The position numbers and the translations under genes are program-made. Of a stretch of 64,000 bases of DNA, positions 47,230 to 59,144 are shown one piece after another (positions within the stretch are counted from its first letter, which is position 1; each line of letters begins with the position of its first letter). The notes under the pieces are model-generated. The model made no database searches and was not told the DNA's origin. It saw only the letters and a list, made by a program, of their open reading frames with translations. Source of the stretch: Anthoceros angustus (Eukaryota; Plantae; Anthocerotophyta); NCBI GenBank assembly GCA_010909165.1, contig MU008152.1, positions 1-64,000 of the forward strand, written 5' to 3'.

Positions 47230-50200
47230 ATGAGGGGGAGGTTTTGGAGCAGATTGCCAGGTATGCACAAGACCACATGGGGGCTCGTTTTGAAGAACAC
47301 TCGGTACAATTCGCCTTGTGTGAGGTGGAAGCTGGCATTTTGGGCACAGGTTCCTGCCGGAAAAATACTTCCAGACCATTGCAGATCTGAGAGCTCAGTC
47401 GCATCTCATGTCAGGCTACAGAACGTGGATCTACTGCGCTCTGTTGAAGAAGTCTGCAGATTGTGTGAAGAGGGGCGACTCTATGAGGCCCTGCTCGCAG
47501 CGGAAGGTGTGGGCCAGCGAGGCATGTCACTCACGGTTGACAGCGTTATCTGCTTGATGCAAGGATGCGGCAGAAAGAAGGATCTAGGAGCTGTCAGGCG
47601 CTTGCAAATCATAATGGTGGATCAAGGGTTTAGTTCAGACGTCTTTCTTGGAAATAATCTTATTCACCTGTTTGCCTCATGTGGTGGGTTGTTGGAAGCA
47701 AACCAAGTGTTTCGTCAGATTTTGGACCCGAATGTGTACTCCTGGCAGGCTATTATTTCAGCGCATGCTAACCATAGTCGGGGTGATGAAGCTATCAGGT
47801 TGTTTCAGGAAATGTTGTGCTCAGATGTGAAGCCAAACAACCACGTGTATGTAGCTGTCTTGAAAGCGTGCACCGTCTCAGGAGGGCTGGCTAGTGGGAG
47901 ATTGATTCACAGCTATATGATGGAAAGCGGATTTCAGCCAAATACGTATGTGGGGAACACAGTTATCGACATGTATGCAAAATGTGGTAGCACGGACGAG
48001 GCCAGAAAAGTGTTTGATGGTTTGTCACCGAGGAACTTGGTTTCGTGGAATGCCATGATAGCTGGATACGTTAACAGTGGACAAGGTCAGGCTGCTCTAG
48101 ATCTTTTTCAGGTAATGCGGGCAGAGCACATCCAGCCAGATAAGAGCACTTTCTCAAGCATCTTTAAAGCTTGTGGCAGCTTAGCAGCCATTGATCAGGG
48201 CAGACAAATTCATTCGGAGTTTATTGAAACTGGGTTACCACTCGGAGTAGTGGTTGGAAATACCCTCATTGATATGTATGTTAGATGTGGCAAGCTGGAA
48301 GAGGCCCGCAGAGTGTTTGATGCATTGGAAGCTCGGGATGTGATTTCATGGAATGCTATGATTGCCGGATATGCTCAAAATGGGCATCCTCTAGAAGCTC
48401 TACAATGTTTTGGGCAGATGGAGCAGGAGGGTGTTGTGCCTAACACGGTTACCTTCATAAGCCTCCTGAAGGCCTGCGGCAACATTGCCGCCCTGGGTCA
48501 GGGCCGGAAGATTCATGCTCAGCTTGTTGCAGCTGGACTTCATGCTGATGTTGTTGTTGGGACCAGCCTTGTGCACATGTATGCCAGATGTGGGAACCTG
48601 GATGAGGCGCATGGTGTCTTTGAAAAGTTGACGGAAAGGAATGTTGCGTCCTGGAACGCCATCATTGGAGCATATGCCCAGCATGGATTTGGGAGAGAGG
48701 CATTACGACTGTTTGAGCAGATGCAACAGCAGGGTTTTAAACCAGATGACATCACCTTGGTTTCTGTGCTTTCTGCGTGCAGCCATGCTGGTATCTTGGA
48801 TCAGGGTTATCACTTATTCAAGTCTATGCTTAAGAATTTCAGTATTAAGCCAGGAATGTATCATCATGCATGTATAGTTGACATGCTCAGCCGGGCTGGC
48901 CATTTGCAGCAAGCAGAGGACTTCATCAACCAGATGCCCTTTGAGCCTGACGTGGACATTTGGATGACAGTCCTTGGTGCGTGTCAAGCATATGGTGATG
49001 TCGAGTTAGGAAGGCGGGCCTTTGAGTGTATTATTAGGCTGCAGCCGCTGAACGAGGCAGCATATGTCCAGATGTCGAACATCCTTGCAGCTGCAGGGAG
49101 GCCAGAAGATGCAGCCGAATTGAGAAAGAACATGCGTGATGCAGGAATGCTGAAGTCACCAGGGAGGACGTGGATAGAGGTTGACGATCAGGTGCACAGT
49201 TTCTTGGTAGAAGATAAGGATCACTCTCTGCGGCAGGATATTTATGCTGAACTGAGGCAGCTGACACCCTTGATAGAAGCGGAGTTGGCTAGTAGAGTTC
49301 TGGCAGAGGATAACTGTTCTGATATTGAACTCAACAGCACACAACATGCGGCCCAGGGGGTTTCCAGTCCAAATTTTATCAGGTAAGCTTTCCTCAACTA
49401 CGACACTCTATGTTCCAAGTTAATGAATGAACAAAGGGCTTGTTGTGCACTGCATGCTAAGCTCTCTCGTTTTTTGGCCTGCCTTACAGTGTGAGAGAGC
49501 CGTTGTGCTCTTTTAGCTCCGTGGAAGATGTCAGCAAACTTTGTGAGCAGGGGCGATTGAAAGAAGCTTTGCAGATGGTACAGAGTATCAACCAACAAGA
49601 CTTGCCTATTTCCAGGCTCCTATTGTTCAATCTTCTTCAGTTCTGTATCAAAGCAAAAGATGTGGCAAATGGCAGGCTCGTGCATACCCTGATCAGCGAG
49701 AAAGGGCTCAACTCTGATGTGTTTTTTGGGAACAATCTTATTCGCTTATTTGCTTCCCGTGGATGTTTGTCAGAAGCACGCCAAATTTTCCTTGGAATCA
49801 CATCACCAAATGTCTACACATGGCAGGCTATTATTTCTGCCTACGCCAAACATGGGCAAGGTGCTGAGGCCATCAAGTTGTACCAGCAAATGCAAATCTC
49901 ATGTGTGGTGCCAAACACCTACGTCTATGTTGCAGCCTTAAAAGCATGTGCTTCCTTGGGGGCCTTGAAACAGGGCAGGTGGATACATGCCCATGTCCTT
50001 GAAGCTGGCCTCCAGGCAAATGTCTTTGTAGGAAATACCCTCATCGACATGTACGCCAAGTGTGGGTGCTTGGAGGAGGCAAAGCGAGTGTTTGACAACT
50101 TGGCGGCGAAAGACGTTGTTTCATGGAACACGATGATTGCAGGATATGCACAGCATGGACACGGGGAGGAAGCTTTTGGGCTTTTTGAGAAAATGCAACA

Positions 50201-50288
50201 GGAAAGGATGACGCCGGACAGGGCTACGTTGTCAAGTATTGAGAAAGCATGTCGCCATCTGACATCCTTTGTACCAAGCACATCGTGA
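47230..50288 (+). CDS. PLS-class PPR protein with E/E+ domain (organellar RNA-editing factor type), probably continued after an intron (49383-49489) by a second PLS block
   Basis: Repeated P-L-S motifs (VGNTLIDMYAKCG...A..VFD....DV.SWN.MI.GY), E domain (W..VLGAC..YGDVELG), PG-box/E+ KSPGRTWIEVDDQVHSF..EDKDH; no DYW. Donor AG|GTAAGC at 49382/3 and acceptor TTACAG| at 49489 join in frame to ORF 49491-50288. Confidence 0.88.
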
Positions 50289-50981
50289 CATCCGTTGCAG
50301 AAACAATAGATCTCGTGTCAACTGCAGGCTCTGCTCCAATCAAGGTGACGGTCTCCTAAGTGAACTGCAATATTTGAAGCGTTTTGTTTAGCAATTTTAC
50401 AGTTTCCTTGGTACTTACTGTGTGGCTTTTCCTTGTCACTTTCATCTGCTTGGACGTTCACAGACTTTTGATGCACTAGACCGATCTCTTCGGTCACAAT
50501 TCTTGTTGTGGAGCTGCATCAAGCTTCTCCAGTCACAAATGGTTGTTTGGCAGGTAATTTAGGTGAATGCCCGGATCACCTTACGGACTTTGCCTCTGTC
50601 TGGAGAGTTGCCGTGTCCTGACTTCTCAGACAAGGAGACTTCGGGGACATTGTAACCGTCAGATCCTTGGCTGGGAGTACCTGAGTCACCGAAAGCCTTT
50701 CAGAAGTCTGATGAAAAGTGCTTGTTGGTGCAGAGGAACGTATCTGGCCATTTCGTCTTCCCCAAGGTGGAGAGAAGGACATGGTTACGAGCAAGTGTTT
50801 CTGTCTCAGACTTCAGGCTCCAGCGCTAATTGGGCTAGTGGGACTTGTACGTAGGAGAGAGACCTGTCGATACACCCAGAATTAAATGATACATGTGGGC
50901 ATTCATCCCCGAACTCAGTTATGTCGAAGAACGTTATGCACAAATAGAAATGTGAGCTGTACAGCATTGAGTCCCATCACC

Positions 50982-52400
50982 TCACGCGCCCTGCTGGGGG
51001 CCATCCCTGAAGACGACCCTTTCTACCAGGCGTGCACCTCTCGACTTTGCAAAATAGAGGCCCATGTAGTGCGTCAGGTCCTGAGAGACAAACAAGCAAA
51101 AGAATGCGACAAGTCAGGTCTATTGCATCTTCACTAAAAGGAAATGGCCCACCAATTAAGAAGAAGAAATCTATTGTAGTCCACTTGGACGGAATTTTCC
51201 TGTCATGGGACTCGGTACTTAACAACTTGTACCACAGTGTGCCTAAGCTACTTGCACCAAGGGCGTCCGCTCCCTCTACCCCATCTAAGTCCCGATCTAA
51301 GCGCAGGGTGCTTAATAACGGCCTTCTAATAAATGTGTGTCCATTTGGACTAAGCCATTTGGACACACATGCAAGAGCACCGGCAGATGTTGCCTCACAA
51401 CTAATAACATCTTGAATCGAGATACCAAATTTTGCGAACAGATATAGTCCTATCATATGCCAAGAAGGGTATACCTGGGGATGTGCTAGAGCACCCATGG
51501 AGTTCGCAACAGAGGTAGGAAGGTCATACGTCGAGCAGCCGTCTGTGTAGACGTAGACCTCCTGCAAGGGGTCAAGAATTCCATGGTTCCTCGCCGACAA
51601 AGCTGTCAAGACAAAATCCATTACACAGATATCTGTGCAGATGCCCACCACGAGCAGCTGCAGATGGAACAGCAGAAAGGGATTAGGACTACAAAACAGA
51701 GCTGTCATTCCCTGCTGTAAAATCATACAACGATGGCAGCGCAAAATCCAGACAAGGAAACAGGAAAGGAAGGATACTCACATTTTCAACATGATTCTGC
51801 TTGATCCAATCAGCCACAATATTTGACCCGTCGCTCTGCATGCCACCAACAAAGCCGTTGATGCAGTCTTTGCGCATCAAGAGAGCATTTTCATCCTTCT
51901 CCAACCACTCGAGATCTGGCCACAGACAAGCGAGCAAACCGTGAGCGAAGTCACAACATCCCGCAGCTGCATATCGCGCAATTTCACAAACCTGGAACCA
52001 AATTCTCCTCGCCCGTGCCGATGACACAATGCGGAGGATACGGAGGCTCCGGCCGGTCCGGCTGGTGGGTATCCAGAAAACATAAAATAGGCCATCCCCT
52101 GACACTGAAGTGCCGCGCAAGCTTGGCGGTCTCCTCCACCATCCGAGAAATCGCCTTGTTTGGAACCGGCGGCGCCTGCGTGCGCACCATACGCATCAAT
52201 CCCGTCACCCCTTGCAAAACAACCCGTGAAAGCAGCAGCAGCACCAAATTGCTCACCAGATTGCCGCACCCGACTGTGCAGAAGCCGTTAACCTCGTCCA
52301 CCACCACCAGCCCAACATTACTCTTTGCGGACAGCTCCAGCACATCAAACTGCAGCGGCAGCTGCGCCCGGATCTGCGACAAGAGCGTGTCTGTCCCCAT
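50982..52400 (-). CDS. NIC1: Nicotinamidase (isochorismatase-like family), multi-exon
   Basis: GLVVVDEVNGFCTVGCGNLAP, FLDTHQPDRPEPPYPPHCVIGTGEENLVP, RKDCINGF, LVVGICTDICVMDFV, HPQ|DLTHYMGLYFAKSRGA. Stop at 50982. Confidence 0.94.
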
Positions 52401-52919
52401 CCTTTTATGTTCTTCTTGCCCCTGTTCGTGCTCCCCTAGCCTGATGTGATTTTCTAGATGAGTTGGACGATGCCTTGCGCTATGGGCTGCTGTATACCAA
52501 TATGTAGACTAGGCCGCCAGGGTCAAAGCACGCAGAGGAGCAGCAAAGCTGGGAATCAAGCCAAGCTCTTATCTGGAGTCTCGAAAATTGATAAAATCCC
52601 AAATATCTGGAGGTCCATATTCCAAGCAAGTACGTTTTGTAGGTACATGCCACATGAATAGGTCCAGTACATCCCTATTTCCGTGAAGACGACTTTCTAA
52701 CTGAGATATGCATAACCTGTACTACAATACAAAACGAGTGTGTTGTTAGCATCAACTTTTACAAGGGCACAAGACAAACCTGACGTCCTCACAAGTCAAA
52801 ACGTGTAGCTCAAGTTCCAACAGAGGACATCACGTGGAAGAACATGCAGTTCTCCTGGAGGAACTCGGGAAGATGAGCCAAAACAGCAAAGTCTGACCAG
52901 ATTACAGGAACCTAAAAGG

Positions 52920-54197
52920 CTAATCTTTCTCTAGTCTCCGTGGAGAATATGCCTGACGGCAGGCAGGTTGCTGGCTGGTAACAAGGTGAGCCAAACCGCA
53001 GCTTCTGCAGGTACATCAGGGCCGAGGAATACAGCGTCAGGATGCAGCAGATGGCCAGATGAATGCTTCGGATCCGTCTGTGGCGGCGAAGCCAGGGCAG
53101 AAGCTATTCACAAATACCTTTCGTCCTGCAGGCCTCCCAGCTAGCTGCTTCGCCAGAAGACGGACAGATACGTTCAGAAACCCTTTGGTAGTTGTGAGGG
53201 AACCACGTGCTTCCCTTCTGCTGCTCCACATCTGCGTAGTATGCCTGAATCAACTCGTCCAATTTTGTCTTCAGAGAGGCCTTCCATATGGCTTAGAGTT
53301 TGCCTCACAGAGTCCTTACATACATACTGCACAGGGGTAACAAGTCATACGAGCGAGGATTAGCATTAGGCAGAGTGAAGTGGAGTGTGTGCATGACAAG
53401 GATCCGGGGAGGGTCAGAATGGAGTCCAAAGCAAGCTGGTTATGCTGTGCTTACCTGCAGAAGCCCGACTCTGGAGCTAATTACGCACTCGTGCACCAGC
53501 TTCCGATTGTCTTAGCAGAGGAAAGATGCTGTTGGTTACATGCTTCACACCGTAGAAGTTAGTGTTGGAGGATAGTACAGTGGAATCAACTACCATGTCC
53601 AAGCACGCAGCATTGTTGACCTGTTGGAGGAGAGTGAACACATCAGACACATTATGCATCGCCTCAAGACACTTGCAAGGTGTGGAGCATGATCTCAACC
53701 TACCAGAACATCAACGGCACCGTACTGTTGCTTCAACCAGTCCGCAAGCTTCTGTGCGGATTCGGCTCTTGCAACATCCAGTTGATACACAACCGGAAGG
53801 CCCTCAGCCACGAGTTTCTTGACAGCTTCTTCCCTCCTCTGTACGTCTCGTAAGTAGGCACAGTCGTTATCCCGTTCTGTGCGAGCTGTTTCACAATTTT
53901 GAGGCCTATGCCTTTGTTGCCTCCCGTCACCACAGCCACGGTATCTTCGGACCACCATCTGCTACCATCATCAAGACATGATACCCCAGCAGCGTAATAA
54001 GAATGCATATCCGGCAGTTGTAGAAATCCCAACGCTGTTCACATGCGGAGGCGTAGGATTCTCTGCTTTTTGAAATGGAGGCTGGTCAGGACAGAGACAC
54101 ACAACGTACTCACTGGTCTGGAATGGATTCTTCTGGTCCACACGGAAGCTTCTGCGGGACTTTCTTGCCTCAGGTTCTTCTGCGACTGTTCTGCCAT
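52920..54197 (-). pseudogene. Short-chain dehydrogenase / carbonyl reductase (neomenthol dehydrogenase-like), frameshifted
   Basis: WWSEDTVAVVTGGNKGIG, QLDV..AESA..LADWLK..YGAVDVLVNNA, TNFYGVK.VT, VFVNSFCPGF. Frameshifts near 53855, at the YxxxK region (~53190) and near 53050. Confidence 0.8.
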
Positions 54198-54497
54198 GGG
54201 TTGTCAAAGGTTTCTTGAGAAAGCAACTGAAGGTAATAGGTGGACGGATTCAGAATGACACAAAGCAAATCCTAAACTGAAGCATCTCCTCGTACACCTA
54301 GTTCAATTGTCAATGCCTCGCTAATAATGAAAACACACAAGTCCCTATACGTAGGCCTCTATACCTGGACAGACGCACGGCTCCAACACTACATGAGAAA
54401 CTCTGTAAGAAGCTGAAGAGAATCCCTGACCTAGCAGGCCCAACAGAAGGCTCCTAGAAAGCATGGTATCAAGAGAGAACCGAGCGAGCACAAAAAT

Positions 54498-55952
54498 TTA
54501 TGAGGAGGCAAACGCTTTCTCCAGTACCGAGTCCAACCTTGGCTGGAAACCATACATAGAAGGCGAGCGATACATGCGGCCAAAATCCTCCATATCCCCT
54601 CTCCTCTCATCAACGCGGAAAGGATAAGTAGGCAATGGTCTGAGTGACATTGAGGAGAAGTCATAGACTAGGGAAGCTGCACTACCAAGAAGGTTTATCC
54701 ACATCTGCCCACTACAGCCTACGAAAGTGAAAACTCCTCTGCTACTTGGGTTCCCCAAAAGCGGCATGTAGATAGCAGATGGAATACTGTCAACTAGCTG
54801 CCAGCTTGCCCTGTCTTCATATTCCCAGATGGCAATGCAGGGGGATCCATGTCGTGATGTAGTAGTAACCTCTGCTGCCGCAAACATCCTGCCGTTGGCT
54901 TCCACCAAGTTGCATGATGTGTTATCTCCATCGGACTGGAAGTCTTGCACAAGAACGCATTGCGGGAGCCCGAAACATGACCAGGCATCGTCTTGAAAAC
55001 AGTAGGAGATGACACTTAGTTCTATGCCAGGATCATATTGAGTTGCTAGCCAGTATATGGAGCCATGACAAAAAATATGGCTTCCCTCAACCCTACTCCG
55101 AGCGCAATATGTAGCGGTTCTCCAGTTGTTGTCTGCCGAATCAAAAATGTCAGCCGTGGTGATGTAGTTCACGGTCTCTGAGCCGGAGTCTGAACTGTTG
55201 TCATTCCCCTCCGGCGAATCAGGCACAGGACCAAGAATAGGCACCTCGTCAGTGGTATCGGACACTCGGTGATTAACAACCAAGACGGCGTATGACTGTC
55301 TATCCTCCAAATACACCATGGAAATGTTGGACAGATACCACGGGTTGGGAGGATCCGGCAGAATGACCCAAGCCTGAGTAAGCGGATTGATAACCAAGAC
55401 GGCAGGCGCTTCCGCATGAAACGTGTCCAGCAAGCAGCAAAGCAGCCCCCGCGCAGTAGCCACAGACGCAAATCTGTACCCGGGAAGAAAACGCATGTTC
55501 AGCAAGCTCCACTCACTCTCCACCAGACTGCAGTTGTTCTTCTGCTCCCAATCAAAGCGCTCCACGAACTTCATGAATGAGGGATAGGCAGCCAAATTAG
55601 CAGCATTCTGCCGCAGAAATCCGTCATCCGACAGACGCGACTTCCACAACTTGCTCACGACCCGCATCCTGCAGATGCTCTGCACGGGGAGCCAGCTCAG
55701 CACCCTCTCCAACAACTCGTCCGGCAGCTTGCTCCACAACTCTCCATCCAGCGTCAAGGACCAGCTCCAGCGCACGGATGCGTCCAACAACAAGAGAACT
55801 CTGTTCCTATCAGGCGGAGGCGGGCTGCGAGCCGCTTGAGCCTCAAACACAAGAGATTCATCGTCCGACTCGGCTCCTCCCCGCCTTCCCTCCACCTCCT
55901 CCTCTCCACATTCGTGATAGAAATCGCTATCGGCCCCCTCGTCGTCGTCCAT
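54498..55952 (-). CDS. F-box/kelch-repeat (FBA-type) protein
   Basis: LWSKLPDELLERVLSWLPVQSICRMRVVSKLW, SVATARGLLCC, VINPLTQAW..LPDPP, FCHGSIYWL, GFQPRLD. Confidence 0.92.
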   Translation of the reverse strand: MDDDEGADSDFYHECGEEEVEGRRGGAESDDESLVFEAQAARSPPPPDRNRVLLLLDASVRWSWSLTLDGELWSKLPDELLERVLSWLPVQSICRMRVVSKLWKSRLSDDGFLRQNAANLAAYPSFMKFVERFDWEQKNNCSLVESEWSLLNMRFLPGYRFASVATARGLLCCLLDTFHAEAPAVLVINPLTQAWVILPDPPNPWYLSNISMVYLEDRQSYAVLVVNHRVSDTTDEVPILGPVPDSPEGNDNSSDSGSETVNYITTADIFDSADNNWRTATYCARSRVEGSHIFCHGSIYWLATQYDPGIELSVISYCFQDDAWSCFGLPQCVLVQDFQSDGDNTSCNLVEANGRMFAAAEVTTTSRHGSPCIAIWEYEDRASWQLVDSIPSAIYMPLLGNPSSRGVFTFVGCSGQMWINLLGSAASLVYDFSSMSLRPLPTYPFRVDERRGDMEDFGRMYRSPSMYGFQPRLDSVLEKAFASS

Positions 55953-56481
55953 AGCTCCTCTCAGCCTCTGCTCTGCAACGCACTCACACACGCACCGCGC
56001 AATGAAATGAATTCAGCTCGCAAAATCAGGTCTCGGTGCGCTTCCGACGCCGCCGTCTCACATAATCCGACACAGGCGATTTCCAAGCGCCGCGCTGGGA
56101 AGCTCGAGCCTCGAAGCCGGCGAGCTCGCGAAAAAACACTCAAGCGGTTTGCTCGCCATCGCCACTCTCTGTCGACAGTCCCAGCAACACGCGGCAGCAC
56201 CATAGCACGCCATCACGCGCTGCGCCCGACTCATACGGCCCGGCTCTCAAAGTCGAGCCCAATCTGATTGGATCGTATTCTGCGTTGGGAAAGCCGCATT
56301 TTTTTAACGATTTGCACATCTTACCTGCCAGTTTCGTAACTTCCGCCTCATACCTAAACCGACTTGCGTTTTTTTTGGCAACGACCTTCAGCTTCATGCT
56401 CTGCGCACCTAAACCGGCTTGGGGTTTTTTTTTTTTTTCCCGTCCTCAAAGACCCCATATCAGATGGCCCCGAAGGACTGT

Positions 56482-56595
56482 AGAACAAACAGGTCACCAA
56501 GGGTCGGTTTGAGAACAAACAGGCCACCAAGGGCCACTTCAGAACAAACACTCGCCCAAGGGCCACTCCAGAACAAACAGGCCACCAAGGGCCAG
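56482..56595. repeat. Minisatellite, ~29-30 bp x4
   Basis: AGAACAAACAGG(C/T)CACCAAGGG-type units start at 56482, 56512, 56541 and 56570. Confidence 0.85.
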
Positions 56596-57519
56596 AGTAA
56601 TCGGAGGTGGGAGATACCCCATCCCAGGAGTGATCCCACCGGAGTGCTAAACCACGGAGTTGCAATGAACTCCTGGCTCCGCTTCTGAAGAGAGGACTTG
56701 CGTGCTCTTTTCGGCTTCCACTTGCAGGAGATCAGGATCAAATGCTATCCTGGAGAATTGGGCTGTGTCTCCTTTTCTGCTCCATGTCACGTAACTTCTA
56801 CCGATCGGCCTGCCCAGATCCGATCAGTCACTGGACGCCACCCCCTCATGGCAACTCCCTTCGATCTCATCCTTGTGCGGAACACAAGGTCCATGAACAG
56901 AAGTGCCACTCAAAAAACTTGTCTTATATTTCACTGTTACAAATGCCATCAACTTCCGCAAGTCTGCGGTCTCAAGACTCCCAGTTACAAGAAAGCAGAA
57001 GGATTGGTGTGTATTCCATCGCTGATTAAGTTGAGACAGGTAGTCTTGTTCGGGCAAATGCAAGTGAGAGCACCGACATTCCTATTTTTCGTCTCAGAAG
57101 CTCGAGAGTATCCATCCATCATGCATGCTGAGCAGCAGCAGCTGTGCATCAATCCAAACCCTATCGCATGCTACCACCGACCTCGTCGAAGAAGCACAAG
57201 TCCAACCTGACAAGGGTGCTTCTTCCCTGGACGAGGATCAAGGTTTGCAGCAGCAGCAGCAGTCTGCACTCTGCTGCTGAATGTACAGACACTTTCAGAT
57301 GTTCCCTGTCTGAAAGGTTAAGATTAGTGAAGTTTCGTCCCCTCCGAATACTCTGCAGGGACTGACAAGCTACACAAAGGCCTGTTATCCAGGGGCAGGT
57401 TGGTGCATAAAAGACAAGGCAAGACCCTCGAAGAGACCAAGCTCCTCCAACCTGATGGATGACCTTGCTAGCTGCTCATCATCCTGGCCGAGGGAAGAGG
57501 GGAAGCTGGAGTCCCCGGA

Positions 57520-58798
57520 TCACACAATGGAGTCCAACCTGGGCTGGAAGGAGAGCAAAAAGGTGCGGGACTTGGAGTCGAGAGTGTCGCGGAACTGCAG
57601 CGGCATGACGAACCAGGCCTCGATGGAGAAGTCGAAGGCGAGGAGGACCCGGCGGCCGACGGAGTCCACTTTGTGGCTGCCCTCCCCCCGGTGCACGAAA
57701 TCGTACAGCCGGAGGTCGAGGCACACGGACTCCCCCAAGCCGAAGACGCCCCAGCTGTTATCCCGCGCGCCGCAGTCGGGGAAGAGCGTCTGGAATGAGC
57801 TGCTGGTGAGCAGCGCCACCTGCCGCCATGCCCCGTCCGGGAACAGCCGCCAGATCCCGTAGCTGGTGAAGGAGCCAGCGAGGAGGCCGATCCAGAGCAA
57901 CTCCCCCTGGTGCGAGAGCAGCCTGGCGCACTCGATCCTGGCCGGAGCCGGCACACGCTGCGAGTCCCACTCCCTGCCCTCCACGCTCCAGCCCACCAGC
58001 TCCCACTCACAACCCAGGAAGTAGAGCATCCCCCGGCAGAAGGCCGGGCGCTCGGGCCGCAGCCCCCGCGGCGTCCGCCCGCCCTCCTCCCACCCATCCT
58101 TGCTCGCCTCGTACACGTGCAGCGTCCATGCCCGGTCCTGCCCGTCCCCATCGGCGGACGCCGCCACCACCAAAGTGTAGGCCTTGGAGGCGCGGTCCAC
58201 CCGCAAGGCCACGCTCGACGGGAGGGAGGGCCCGTCCGGGAGCTTCCGCCACGCCCGGGTCATGGGATTCAGCACGAAGAACCCACCTCCCTGCCCCTGT
58301 CCCTGTCCCTGCTGGGTGCGGGCGAAGAAGCACACGAGGCCGGCGTCGGAGGCGCAGGGGAGCATCCTCCCCGGGAGCCCCCGCAGCGGGGGGAGGCCGT
58401 GGAAGGAGAGCGGGGTTGGGAGCGGGTAGGGGTGCTCCTCCCGCTCCTCCAGCTTGAAGCGCGCCTGCAGGGCCAGGAGCGCGGCGGGGCGGGCTCCCGG
58501 GGACGCACTCCCACAGGAAGGCCGGGGAGGTGAGGATCCCCAGCCAGCGCTTGCTCACGCTCCGGAAGCGGAGCTGGGCCGCGATGGGCAGCCGCCGCAG
58601 CACCTCCTCCAGCAGGGCCTGCGGGAGCAGGCCCCAGTCCGTCCTGGAGCCGCCCAGGCCCAGGGGTGAGGGGTTTGGATCCGGGGAGCCCAGATCCCCC
58701 GCCACCACCATGCTCATGCTCATGCTCATGCTCATGCTCATCCTCATCCTGAGCTTGGAGCTCGCAGCGCTGCAATCCGCGGCCTCGGAGCTTCCCAT
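57520..58798 (-). CDS. F-box/kelch-repeat protein with one frameshift (~58490; pseudogene or sequencing error)
   Basis: F-box WGLLPQALLEEVLRRLPIAAQLRFRSVSKRW lies in one frame; ASDAGLVCF, VLNPMTRAWRKLP, FCRGMLYF, SFQPRLD lie in another. Confidence 0.8.
58708..58741 (-). repeat. (ATGAGC)n coding microsatellite (Met-Ser repeat)
   Basis: Plus strand CATGCTCATGCTCATGCTCATGCTCATGCTCAT. Confidence 0.9.
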
Positions 58799-59144
58799 CG
58801 GAGAAGAGCCGCGTTTTGTCCCGTTCGCGTTCACACCACGTTGAACCGGATGAGCGTGCGCACCAGCCAGAAGGCCATGAGCCAGAAGAGAAAGCCTGCG
58901 ACGCCGACGGGAGCCATGGCCGCGGTCAACCCGAGGCTAGGCTGGGGGAAGGCAAGCGTTGCGGGGGAAGACGCACGGCATCATGACGCTACGAGCCGCC
59001 GAGCCATTAGTCGGTTTACGACAAAGTAACCAAGTTATGTACTTAAAAGTGAAGAATTAGTTTAGTGCTAACGTTGAAGGAGCAGGAAAAGGAAAAAGAA
59101 CTTTGACGACTAGGAAACAAAACCATTGAAGAACAAAGCTAGAG

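Noticed and set aside
50977-51744. 255-aa ORF as a separate gene
   Set aside because: One NIC1 exon plus read-through into flanking introns.
56482-56595. 30-bp repeats as a possible CRISPR array
   Set aside because: Contiguous tandem units without unique spacers; an ordinary minisatellite.
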